Translations under genes and position numbers: made by a program
Shown: piece after piece, positions 48,050-58,526 of the stretch
Numbering within the stretch: position 1 is the first letter of the stretch
Layout: every line of letters starts with the position of its first letter
Notes under the pieces: model-generated
Database searches by the model: none
Told to the model about the DNA's origin: nothing
The model's input: only the letters and a program-made list of their open reading frames with translations
Source: Podarcis gaigeae
Lineage: Eukaryota
Strand: one strand, 5' to 3'
DNA length: 64,000 nucleotides
Assembly: GCA_964106915.2 (NCBI GenBank)
Contig: OZ066919.1

Positions 48050-48385
48050 TTAGCATAAGCTATTTTCCTTGCTTGCATGTAACACTAAGACAAACCATGG
48101 TTTAATGTGAAGGAGCAAGCATGCAGGCTCCTGAATTGGAGATCAGGGCTGCTTTGCTGGGCATCTGCTACCTCCCGTGCTGCACTGCGCTAAACCATGG
48201 TTTGGCTCATGGTTTAGCTCTCCCACATAAAGCTTGGCTGCAGCTTGTGGTTTGCCTGGGAGAACTAAGCCATGAGCTTGGGTTTGGACAACACATCATG
48301 GTTTAGCTCGGGAGCAAAACAACCAGGGAGAACGAAAGCTGCCATGATCTCATTCACACTAAGCCATGGTTTGTGATGAACCAGG
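48050..48385. repeat. Interspersed element rich in palindromic AAACCATGGTTT/AAGCCATG motifs (probable DNA-transposon MITE)
   Basis: Motif recurs about 6 times; similar motifs at ~20290-20465. Confidence 0.5.
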
Positions 48386-48940
48386 CTACTGCATGTGGGC
48401 CTGACTGGACAGAACCATTTAGTGAAAACAATTATGACCTCTTCTGATTTGTAGCGGTGTTTGGATGTGTGATGTTGGTTGCTATGGACTGTCTGTAGCA
48501 ATTGTCCAGTCTCACGGGGCATGCAACAGAAAACAAGGTAAAACAATACATAAATCTTGAGTTCAGACTTCAGGCAAGGTCAAAAGGACAAGCAATTTCA
48601 GAATGTAAGATCCAAGACCATATATAATGCTGGTATGCAGAGCTGGAACGAGAACCAATCAGAATTCAGATTGTGATTCTCAACAAAGAACAGCAAAGAG
48701 CTAGGGCTTTATGCTCAGAGCAGAGGACTCTAATGCTGTGAACTTCATAGAACAGGATCTGCAGAAAAGTTCCACAAAATACTATTTCAAGGAATGATGT
48801 TTCAGCGCCATGATGAAAGCCACACATGCTCCCCTCTAGGTGGCAGGGATGATACATTTTTTCAGGATTTGGCCTGTAATAATTTGCACATGGGAAATGA
48901 AATGCTGCTTGGAGCAAGGGCATGAAATGTTCCTGGTTGA

Positions 48941-49068
48941 GGGGCTGTGACTAAGAGGTGGAGCCCATGCTCTAGCATACAGAAGACACCTGGTTCAATC
49001 TCCGCTGCCTCCTGGTAGGGCAGGGAACGCCTGGATCCCTGGAGAGCTGCTACCAGTCAGTGTAGACC
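48941..49068 (+). mobile_element. Old tRNA-derived SINE (tRNA-Ala-like head)
   Basis: GGGGCTGTGACTAAGAGGTGGAGC..GGTTCAATCTCC..GAGAGCTGCTACCAGTCAGTGTAGAC; related minus-strand copies at ~15610-15750, 56530-56606/58305-58400, 60200-60333 and 61262-61327. Confidence 0.6.
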
Positions 49069-49232
49069 AAGGTTTCCAAAACTTGGGTCTCCGGGGGGGG
49101 GGGGTGGTCTGTGAGAGATGAAGAGAGGTATGGTGGGAGAAAATGAATGAATAAATGTGTGGTCTATGTGTATGTGTGATTTTTGTGAGAGGAGGAGAGG
49201 TACACACCAGTAGCCAGAAAAGGAGAGACGTA

Positions 49233-49476
49233 CAGTGGTACCTCGGTTTACAAACTTAATCTATTCCAGAAATCCGTTCTTAAACCGAAACCGTTCTTAA
49301 ACCAAGGTGCGCTTTCCCTAATGAGGCCTCCTGCTGCTGGTGCCCTTCCACCATTTGGATTCCGTTCTCAGACTGAGGTAAAGTTTGCAAACCGGGACAG
49401 TTTGCAAACCAGTTTTGCGGAATTCATAAACTGAATCGTTCTTAAACTGGACTGTTCTTAAACCGAGGTACCACTG
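49233..49476. mobile_element. Tc1/mariner MITE (related subfamily)
   Basis: TA|CAGTGGTACCTCGGTTTA ... TAAACCGAGGTACCACTG|TA. Confidence 0.88.
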
Positions 49477-49859
49477 TATATGTGAAATAGGTGTATGAGT
49501 GAGCGAGAGAGATTCATGTGTATCTGTGGTGAGTGTGCATGAGAGTGAGAATGGTGTGGCCACCTTGCATATTTTCTGGCGACTGGGCAATGCTCTCTGT
49601 TGTTGTAGGACAGCAATAGCATCATTGTAGGCATGTATCAATATTGTGCTATCACCACAATTAGGACCAGCTGACTTCCCATGGTAAGCATGAGGTTGTC
49701 CAGGTGAGGGGAGGGAGCAGCAACAACCTCATGGCAGCCATGTTATGTTATACCACACCCTCCAAGGCAGCCATTTTATGACTGGCACCCACAAGACTTT
49801 CTCAAAGTGTGCCTCCTGGTCCAGAAAGGTTGGCAACCCCGTTACAGTATATTAAAACG

Positions 49860-50475
49860 AAGCACTATAGCAAAACAGTATAACTAAGCAATAAACAAAT
49901 TAAAAAGAACCAGAGGAGAACAACAGTCAGAGGGACATTTTTAAAATGTATTTTGAAATAATAGTTTTCAATTCCCACTGAAAAGCAGGCAATTTTCTGT
50001 GTGCAGATAATATTCCATAATCTGGGAACCATGATAGAAACGATCCTTTCTCTTGTCCTCAGCAACATAACTCTTGCCAGAAGGGCCTCAGTTGAACATA
50101 GTTCTCAAGCAGGCTCATATGAGAGGTGGTGGACAATTCATGAGATAGCCTGTCCCCAAACAGTTTAGGCAGTGGTGGCTGGAGCCCATTGAGACTGGTG
50201 GGAGCCCAAACAATAGGCAGCATCAGTGCCAAGGACAAGCAGAACAGTCTGGTTTTGTCCTTGTCCATCTCCCTTCTGAGTTCTACAAGGGCAATACTGA
50301 GACTAAGGAGGAGAAGGAAGCTGGCAGGCTGGACTGGCAAGGAAGGAAAGCAGGAAGGGCTGACAGAGAGACTGGGGTTGGTGAGGCCCTTAATGGACCT
50401 GCCTCCACTGAGTTTAGGGCTTTAAAGACTAATGCCAGCACCTTGAATTGATCCTGGAAGCAAACTGGCAGCCAG
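49860..50475 (-). mobile_element. L2 LINE 3' fragment with a nested insertion (~50165-50410)
   Basis: Minus frame WLPVCFQDQFKVLALVFKAL at 50418-50475. Confidence 0.65.
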
Positions 50476-51360
50476 CTGAAGTTAACGTAAACCTGTCATC
50501 CCATGGGCCATTCACACAGTCACCAGTACTAAATGTGTACATGATGTGCACATGATGTGGAGCAGCCTATGACAAAAGCGCTAGGAGTTTGGGATTTGTG
50601 CCCACTCCTTAAGTCCTTCCCATCTCCAGCTTCTCTTTGTTGCAAGATCACCTTCTGTTCAGGAGTCAGAGACGTGGCGGGAGGAGAAAGTTCAATCGAA
50701 GAGACTCCCAGGTAAGGAAGGCCTTGCAGAGAAACGTGTTCTGTTTGGCTTTGTATGTGCTTGACAGGCATTGACGGGAGGAGGGTGAGCCATGAGGCAG
50801 GCAGATGTTTTTGCAACATCTTGTGTTAAGAATCCTGTTTCCCAAAGCAGGATGTCATTAGGCATGTTTTCCCATTTTCCCCAACAGCTTTCTGACAGGA
50901 GGAACAATCTGACAGATAATTCATGGTGGCAACAACAATTTCAAAAAAAGCAGGCCAATTAAAGAAGCAGCAACAATACGGAAAGCCTCCCTTGGCTTTC
51001 TTTGGTGTGGAGAGGAGCAGAGCCCCTCTTTGGGGCAGGCTGTAGTCAGGCTGCCAAGATGGGGAATTTCCTGTTCCCATTGTTTCATGAATCTTTACCA
51101 TTTACCCTCTTTTGCGGTTAAGCTGCAGACACTGGAAAAAGCAGGAGCCCTGCTGATCATAGCTGAGTGAGAGACACATAAACAGTCCTGCAAGGCAAGG
51201 CCACCTCCTCTGATGTTCACAACCACCCACATTTATATACCTTTCAGGCAGAGCTGGCAGCAGGTTTTGTTGGCATGGTTGGGCTCTTGCCAAAGTCCAC
51301 AACCCTCCTGGGGCTCCAGAGCTGACTCTCAAAGCCTCCTGCCCCTTCTGCTGCTCCCAG

Positions 51361-51600
51361 AGCCAGTGTGGTGTAGTGGTTAAGAGCTGTAGACTCGTAA
51401 TCTGGTGAACCGGGTTCGCTTCCCCACTCCTCCACATGCAGCTGCTGGGTGACCTTGGGCCAGTCACACTTCTCTGAAGTCTCTCAGCCCCACTCACCTC
51501 ACAGAGTGTTTGTTGTGGGGGAGGAAGGGAAAGGAGAATGTTAGCCGCTTTGAGACTCCTTAAAGGGAGTGAAAGGCGGGATATCAAACTCTTCTTCTTC
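51361..51600 (+). mobile_element. tRNA-derived CORE/MIR-type SINE with L2-like tail
   Basis: A-box GTGGTGTAGTGG, B-box GGTTCGCTTCC, core GCTGGGTGACCTTGGGCCAGTCAC, tail AAAGGCGGGATATCAAA. Confidence 0.8.
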
Positions 51601-52860
51601 CTTCTCCAGACATGCAAACAATGATCAGGATGAGGAGATGGAAGCTCCTCCTTTTGCATTTTTCTTCGGAGTGGTTGTAGGCTCAGAGGCAGAGGGCAGG
51701 GGAGTGGCCAGTGGCAAGAAGGAAATGGGAGGACAGACTGGGCCCTCATACTGGGAGGACAGGGATGGGACCACTCAGGTATTCTTGCCCAAGTGCCCCT
51801 CAAAACTTGGAGCTGGCATTGCATCCCCCAAAAGCAGCCTGTGATCCCACACCTTGCCTGTGATGTTGCCAGTGAAATGGTACTCTGGAAATCCTGATTT
51901 TCTTTATATGGCAGTTACTTTGAGATGAAAATTAACACTTACAACCTCTTTGACTGAGCACATTGTGTCTATTTGGATGCTTACAAATGTTGACGGTACA
52001 AGTGGTGGAAATCTCTCGTGTTTTCGCATTTTTTTGCAAAGAGGACCCCACTGCTTCCATGCAAGAGAAAACTGTAGCTGCAGTGAAATACTCAGCATTA
52101 AAGCTACAATATTTAACTCCGTCCTTGAGAAAATGAAATTCCCTGTCACTCTGAAGCTCAGGCAAGTAGTAAGTAGTGAATGAAACACAGTTTGCACTAA
52201 TGTGATCTGTATCTATAGGTAGGGCTTATAGCATCAAAAGGCACCATTTCCCCACTTGATTTCTTGCACTCATTATTTTATTTTATTATAAAAGGGGAAT
52301 GCAAATTAAATACACTTGTCTGGCGTACCCTTTGACTGGATTTCTCACTTTTCCTCCCTGCAATAAATTAGACGGCCACTAGATGTCTCTGCATGCTACA
52401 CTCACAGAGTGAGTGGCCGTGGTGTCTCTTCTGTGTCATGGAGAAGAGAAGACAAAGCTGGACCCTGGGCTGCGTGGAAGCCTGTTTGCTTGCGCCTGAA
52501 GCTTGCAGAGTGATTCCATATGCCACAGCTTATAAAACGGGGCTGCCAACTCTTGAGGGTGTGAAGCGAAAAGAACAGCAAACCACGGGGCATGCACAGA
52601 TCATGTAGCGTTGTTGAAGATGGCCAAGACTCTCCATCTACAGATGCCACAGGGGGATTCATGAGCTGCTGTGAAGCCAGACTGTCCCCTGGCCAAGCAC
52701 AAGCACCTGGCATAATGGGGTATTTACTGGGTCACAGGTGCCCTAGCAGGACCCACCTGCCACGAACCCCGTGGAGATGTCATGGAGAAGGTGGTCAGAT
52801 GACGAGGAGCAAGAGGAGAGTAGGGAGTTAGAGTGTTTGACCTAGGGGAAGGTCCTGGCG

Positions 52861-52990
52861 CAGGCTTCCTCAACCCTCCAGATGTTTTGATACTACAGTT
52901 CCCATCATCCCTGACCACTGGTCCTGCTAGCTAGGGATCATGGGAGTTGTAGGCCAAAAACATCTGGAGGGCCGAGGTTGAGGAAGCATG
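52861..52990. mobile_element. 130-bp palindromic hAT MITE
   Basis: TIR CAGGCTTCCTCAACC / GGTTGAGGAAGCATG (14/15); TSD TCCTGGCG / TCCTAGTG; internal inverted ACTACAGTTCCCATCATCCCT / AGGGATCATGGGAGTTGTAG. Confidence 0.8.
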
Positions 52991-53799
52991 TCCTAGTGGG
53001 TCGGGGCACGGACCTTTTGTTAGGAGGGGGGCAGGCCTTTTGTTGGGGGGGCAGAACCTCAGTTAGCTATGTATTTTTTATTGATTTGGGGGAGCATGGC
53101 TACACCCATGGGTTGAGGCATGGGGATCTAGGATCCTGAGAGGCGCCTGATCCCAGGGAGAGCCCAATGACCTGGAAGGTGGAGGCCTGAACCCAGGAGA
53201 AGTGTGGGTTATGCTATGATATACATCAAGTGCAATATCAGGGGGAACTGGTGCCTCCCCTGTCATTGAGGAGGGAGGCACTTACGGACAAATCTGACAG
53301 CACGTTGACTCTCCCTCTGCTTCCATGGATGTGGCTGCAGGAACAGACTTTGCACTTGCTTGTTTGCCCAGTCCCAAAATTCCAGATGCCAACTGCATGA
53401 GCAACCGCCCTGCTCTTCAAAAGAGGAGCACAGGGTGTGTGCCAATTGTTGGAACAAAGTCTTAGCTTATGCCTAGCCATGTATCATAGAGCTGTGCGCC
53501 TGTGTAACCAGTAGACCCATGTTGGGCCGTTGTACTGAATTCCTGAATACAACCATTAAAGCTCCAAACCTGGGTAATGGTTTGAGTTCCGAGTCTGATG
53601 GGGGTAGCCAGGACAACACCAGAACGGTTGCTTTTCCTGTCCTCACCACCACCGTGCCTGCAGCCACCTTCTCCCCTCCCAGGGGTGGTGCTGATGCATC
53701 TACCAGCTGCCACCTCATTTCGTGGTTCATGGGCTTACCTGGCATTGGTGCTGCAATGGCGCTTGCTCAGCTCCTGGCAATGACAGCCACCACCTTTGC

Positions 53800-54177
53800 A
53801 TGGAGGAGAAACTTGACACAGTTTGCACTGAAAGGCAAATCTACCTCATCCACAATTTCCGAACCAAAACACAGCCTTCCATTGAAATTTGAACTTCTCC
53901 GAGTTTTGCAGTGCAGTTCGCCAACCAAAAGTGTGCAGAAATGCATGTACACAAAGTGTAAAGGGTGCATTAAAAATGTGCATCTCAGTGAAAATAGCAT
54001 ACAAAAATGCATCGTCATTTGGAAAATTTCTTAACAAAAAATGAGTATATTAGGAGGGATTGGCATCAAAGTGCCGATGAATCTCCTTGAGGAGTTTGCA
54101 AATTGGTGCGGAAATATGGAGAACTAAAATGGGGGGGAAAGAGAGAATTCAAAATGGAGAGATTTGCCCATTCCTAC
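53800..54177. mobile_element. Degraded DNA-transposon MITE (hAT/Ac-like end CCCATTCCTA)
   Basis: AT-rich body with TGCA repeats; a related left end TAGGGATGGG starts at 63981. Confidence 0.4.
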
Positions 54178-54812
54178 CACGACAGGTTATGCCCATGAGG
54201 GAAATGGTGGCTGCCCAGGGCCCCACCTCCTCCCTGTCCTCTTCACAAGTGAGCAATCTTACCTGGCAGCGCCCCTGCATGGTGTGGGAGACCAGGAAAA
54301 GTGACAGTTGCTGCCAGGGAGGGCACCAAGGCAAGGCCACACGGGAACACCAACTGCGCACTTCGTTGCTGGTGAAGCTGCCGCTGTTTGCGAGGGCATC
54401 CTTTCACAAGTGACCGGAAGAGCACATCAAGCATGAAATGCAAATGTCAGTCCATCTTCTAGTATGAACCTCAACTGAACGGAGAATGAATCGGTAGCAC
54501 ACATTACACCAGCGCGCTAAAGTGCCACCCTGCCAGCCAGGAAGCTAAGCAGTGTTTCATAATGACACTTGTGGAAATGACCTAAAACCTGCCAGCTTTG
54601 GATTTGTGAACAGCAAGGAAATAAGCATATATTTTGTGCATCACTGTATCAAGGCTGCTTAGCCCAAATGCAATACCGTAATATACAATACTTGCAGCAT
54701 GGAGGCTGGTTTTTCTGAGAGGAGCCCTACTGAAATCAATGGACGTTTGGTTGTCATGTCCATTAATTTCAATGGGTCTACCTGAGTAGGATGAGCATAG
54801 GATGCAACCCAC

Positions 54813-55400
54813 TATCATAGAACCACTGAATTATGGAGTTGAAAGGGACCCTCTTGGGTCATCTAGTCCAACCCTCTGCATTGCAGGAACCACAGCTAAA
54901 GAATCCCTGACAGATGGCCATCTGACCTCTATTAAAAAACCTCCAGTGAAGGAGAGTCCACCACCTTCTGAGGTGGTCCACTCCACTGTCAAACAGCTCT
55001 TACCACCAGAAAGTTCTTCCTAACTTTTAGTGGGAATCTCTTTTCTTGTAATTTGAATCCATTGATTTGAGTCCTTTCCTCTAGGGCAGCAGAAATTAAG
55101 TTTGCTCCATCTTCACTGTGACAGCTCTTTAGATATTGAAGATGGCTATCATATCTCCTCTCAGCTTCCACTCTTCTAGGCTAAACATACCCAGCTCTGT
55201 CATAAGGCTTGGTTCCCAGACCCTTAAACATTTTGGTAGCCCTCCAGTGAACACGTTCCAGCTTGTCAACATCCTTCTTAAACTGTGGCGCACAGAACTG
55301 GACACAGTACTCCAGGTGTGGCGTGCCCAAGGCAGAATAGAGTGGTACTATTGCTTCCCTTGATCTGGACACCATACTTTTCTTGATGCAGCCTAGAATT
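54813..55400 (-). mobile_element. CR1 LINE 3' fragment
   Basis: Minus frames RSREAIVPLYSALGTPHLEYCVQFCAPQFKKDVDKLERVHWRATKM and NGFKLQEKRFPLKVRKNFL; terminal TTCTATGAT tail. Confidence 0.92.
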
Positions 55401-56643
55401 GTCAGTCAACTCAAATTCTGTTAAGTAGCATGATGCGATAAAAATACCGTAATTGATTTAAAGTGGGAGATCAGTGGGGAGAGTGGACCTTGGGGGCGCC
55501 AGAGGAGGCCTTTGTGAGTGCACCTGTGCCCACAGGCACCACGTTGGTGACCTCTGAATCAGTGAACATTCGTTGTCAGGTGGGGGTTGCCACGCTGTTC
55601 CCCACTAACATGCCGCAATGTTCTTTGGTTTATCATGGGCACCTCCACACACCTGCTTATTGCCAAGCCAATCCTGTCTGCAACTTTTCCACAGCATACC
55701 TATGACATTGTTGTTGTCATCAAAATACCACTCCATTCAGCTCCCCTCATTTAATCCAGGCAGGCTATTTTAGACTACCTGGGGCTACGCTGTATAAGGA
55801 AGAGCCTAATAAATAATATAAAAAAAACTCTGCATGCAAAGTGTGCCTATCCACAGTTCAAAGTGAAATTAAATGTACATCACTAGTTTTCTGTTAGAAT
55901 TGCTGCCAGTAATCCATAACATAATCTGCCTTTGAACTTTGGGGGGGAAAGGATCAAAATGATCTAAATTTGGCTTAATCTCTCCTTGATTAGTAAGAGC
56001 TGTTTTGGCTAAGAAGCCAGTTATGTTGGGATAGGTGCCCTGAAGCCCACAGGCTATATCCAGTCAAAGTCATACTTCTAATGGAAGATGAGATCTTGGG
56101 GGAACACAGCTGATCTTATTGCTAAGGTGATGCTGCAAAGGAGTTTGGGCTTCTGTGTACAACTGAGTACTCCCCCTTCAATTTTAACAGGCAACAGCCA
56201 TCTTTTTCTGCACTTACTCTAAATGGGCTTTACTTCTGACATCTAAACCTGCTGCAAACCCCCACCCCCTGCCTAACCTGGCCTCTCTCTTGTGCATTCA
56301 GCAGCAGGTTGGTGGTACAGCAATCAGCAGGTGAAGTTTACATAACATGAAGATAAACATTACTACCTGCTAATGTTTGCACATCAAGCTTCTCTTGAAT
56401 TTAAAGAGACAGTGACAGTCGACAGCTGCAAAGCAGGCAATCTCCCTCCTGCCTGAAGGAAGTATGTACACATATGTGTACATGCCAACGTGTGTGTGTC
56501 TTCGGAAGGATTTAGTATTCACACATAGGAACAGAGGAAGCTGCTTTATACTGAGTCAGAAGAACATTGGTCAATCTAGTTCAGTATTGTTTGCAGTGAC
56601 TTGCAGTGTCTAGCAGAGGAGTGGTGGGAGGCACCAGCTAGAC

Positions 56644-57786
56644 CAGTGTTTCCCAACCGGTGTTCCGCGGCACACTAGTGTGCCGCGAGACGTTGCCTGG
56701 TGTGCCGTGGGAGGGAAGCGGGCGAGTCGGGTGGCGAGGAGAAAAGGCGACGAGCGGCGTCCCCTCAGAGCGCGGCGGGGCCACGAGCGAGCTGCCTCCT
56801 AGGCGCGCCTTCCCCGCCTCTCCTTCGGGGTGTCCCTGCGCTGCTTCTCCGACGCTGGAAGCAGCGGCAGCGGCAGCAGCAGGCAAGCAGCCCCTCCCTC
56901 ATGCTGCCCTGGGTGGCGGAAGGGACAGGCGGGCCAAAGGGTCGCCGCCGCTCGCCTTTCCCGCGCGTTTCTCCACTTCGGTTCGACTTTGGGACTCGAA
57001 GCGCGCCGGCGGCGGCAGCTCCCTGAGAGAGAGAGAGAGAAAGAGCGAGCGGCTTCGCTTCTTTTCGACTGGCTGAGGGAGCTCTTTGCCGGATTTCCTC
57101 TCGGCGCTACCGCGGCTGAGGGAGCCGCAGCTTGCTTGCTCGCTCGCTCTCTTGCTCGCTGAGGGAAGGTGGCGAGGTGCCAGTCAGCGCTCCAGCCCAC
57201 CCCCTCCGCGCAGACGGACGCACACGCGCACCTTATCAGCATGCAAGATCCTCCCACCCCCGTCCCCAGACTCGCCACGCGCCCTGCACGCGCGTGGCTG
57301 CTGCTGCTGCTGCTGCTGCGGGGGAGTTTTCGCCAGCGACGCGCGAGAGCGGTGCTTCGCCTGAACGTGTGAATGAAGATACCTGTGGCGCTCGTTGGGT
57401 GGTTTTTGCAGGAAGGTGGATGTGAGCGAGCGCTTCTTCCTTCCTAACCTGGCGTGTCACCTGTGCACAGAGATGTTCTACCTGCAGAGTCAGTTCTCTG
57501 CTCCCCGCTTCATCCTCGCACAACTGCCATGCGAGGTTAGTTAAGCTGAGAGTCAATGGCCAGTATTTTATAATTTTTCATATTTCTGTTTACTTACTAT
57601 TTCATAATAAAGTAATTATAAAATACTTTCTTTGTGTTTATTTGATTCCTATTAAAGAGAGTTACTTTATATATAGTCAATATAGGCACAGAGTTAATTT
57701 TTTAAACATTTTCTAATGGTGGTGTGCCTCGAGATTTTTTTCATGAAACAAGTGTGCCTTTGCCCAAAAAAGGTTGGGAAACACTG
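56644..57786. mobile_element. Young non-autonomous hAT (Charlie-like) element, 1143 bp, with GC-rich cargo
   Basis: Perfect 15-bp TIR CAGTGTTTCCCAACC/GGTTGGGAAACACTG; perfect 8-bp TSD AGCTAGAC (56636-56643, 57787-57794); subterminal 22-bp palindrome at 56666-56687; no transposase. Confidence 0.93.
57412..57535 (+). pseudogene. Candidate captured coding exon inside the hAT element (KVDVSERFFLPNLACHLCTEMFYLQSQFSAPRFILAQLPCE), source gene unknown
   Basis: gtttttgcag|G...GAG|gttagt boundaries; 124 nt, 41 stop-free codons, 30 of them ending in G/C. Confidence 0.55.
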
Positions 57787-58485
57787 AGCTAGACAATCCC
57801 CAAGGGAAGAAGGCTCAAAGACCCGGGACTGGTGGTGGGACACAATGAATGGTCAGAGGGTGAGAGGGAGAAGACTGGGAGGGGAAGTATTGGAAGCTGA
57901 AGAGGGAGCAGGGTTTAGTGAGCGGGGAGAGTCTGTGGCAGAGAGCAGTCCAGAAGCAGGAGAGGAGGGAGGCCAAGAGGCAGAGTGGAGACAGGCTGGT
58001 GAAGAAGCGCAGGGGTCTCCCGCTCCTACTGCAACAAGCTCCCCTCCCTGCTGTTTTTCCAGAATCAGGAGAGTCATGAAGCAGCATTCCGGCATAGTCT
58101 CAGATTGCTTGTGAAAGATCCAGGAGAGGACAACACTTAGGCAGCTGTGGGAAAGCAGGGACCTTCGATCTCCACAACTGCCTCATAGGGGCAAGACCTC
58201 CCGAGAAGAGTTGCTGTGCTCATTTGGCGTGGCACTCCAGAGCTGACCTTGCTTCTTCTAATAAAGCTAACTTCACTTTCTCCGTGTGATTTATTGCTGG
58301 CCCATTGCTCTCACCAGGGTTCCAGACAGGGTCCTATGTGGAGATGCCAGAGACTTAACTTCTGCATGCAAAGCAGATGTCCTATCACTAAGCCCTAGCC
58401 CTCCCCTGCATCTGTACAAATAAAGCCTGTAATGATATTTCAAGCCTTCCGAAGCTGCTCTTTATATTTTCTGCAGACCTTTTCC

Positions 58486-58526
58486 TTACCTAACCCTTAC
58501 CTTTTCCTAACCCTAACCCTAACCCT
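58486..58526. repeat. Short (CCCTAA)n telomere-like tract
   Basis: CCTAACCCTAACCCTAACCC at 58506-58525 plus a degenerate unit upstream. Confidence 0.6.

Larger units (their letters stand above)
56607..58312 (+). mobile_element. Solo-LTR-like sequence (~555 bp net) interrupted by the hAT element
   Basis: Begins TGTC; purine-rich body; AATAAA at 58260 followed by a short GT-rich U5-like stretch ending CA; separates the two halves of a SINE. No TSD resolved. Confidence 0.5.

Noticed and set aside
51102-51824. 240-aa minus-strand ORF, the longest in the window
   Set aside because: Runs antisense through a CORE SINE; no coding signature
51904-52197. Three overlapping 77-97 aa ORFs
   Set aside because: No recognisable homology or consistent splice framework
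56638-57556. Eight overlapping GC-rich ORFs, possible transposase
   Set aside because: Expected from stop-poor GC-rich DNA; no BED zinc finger, DDE or hAT dimerisation motifs
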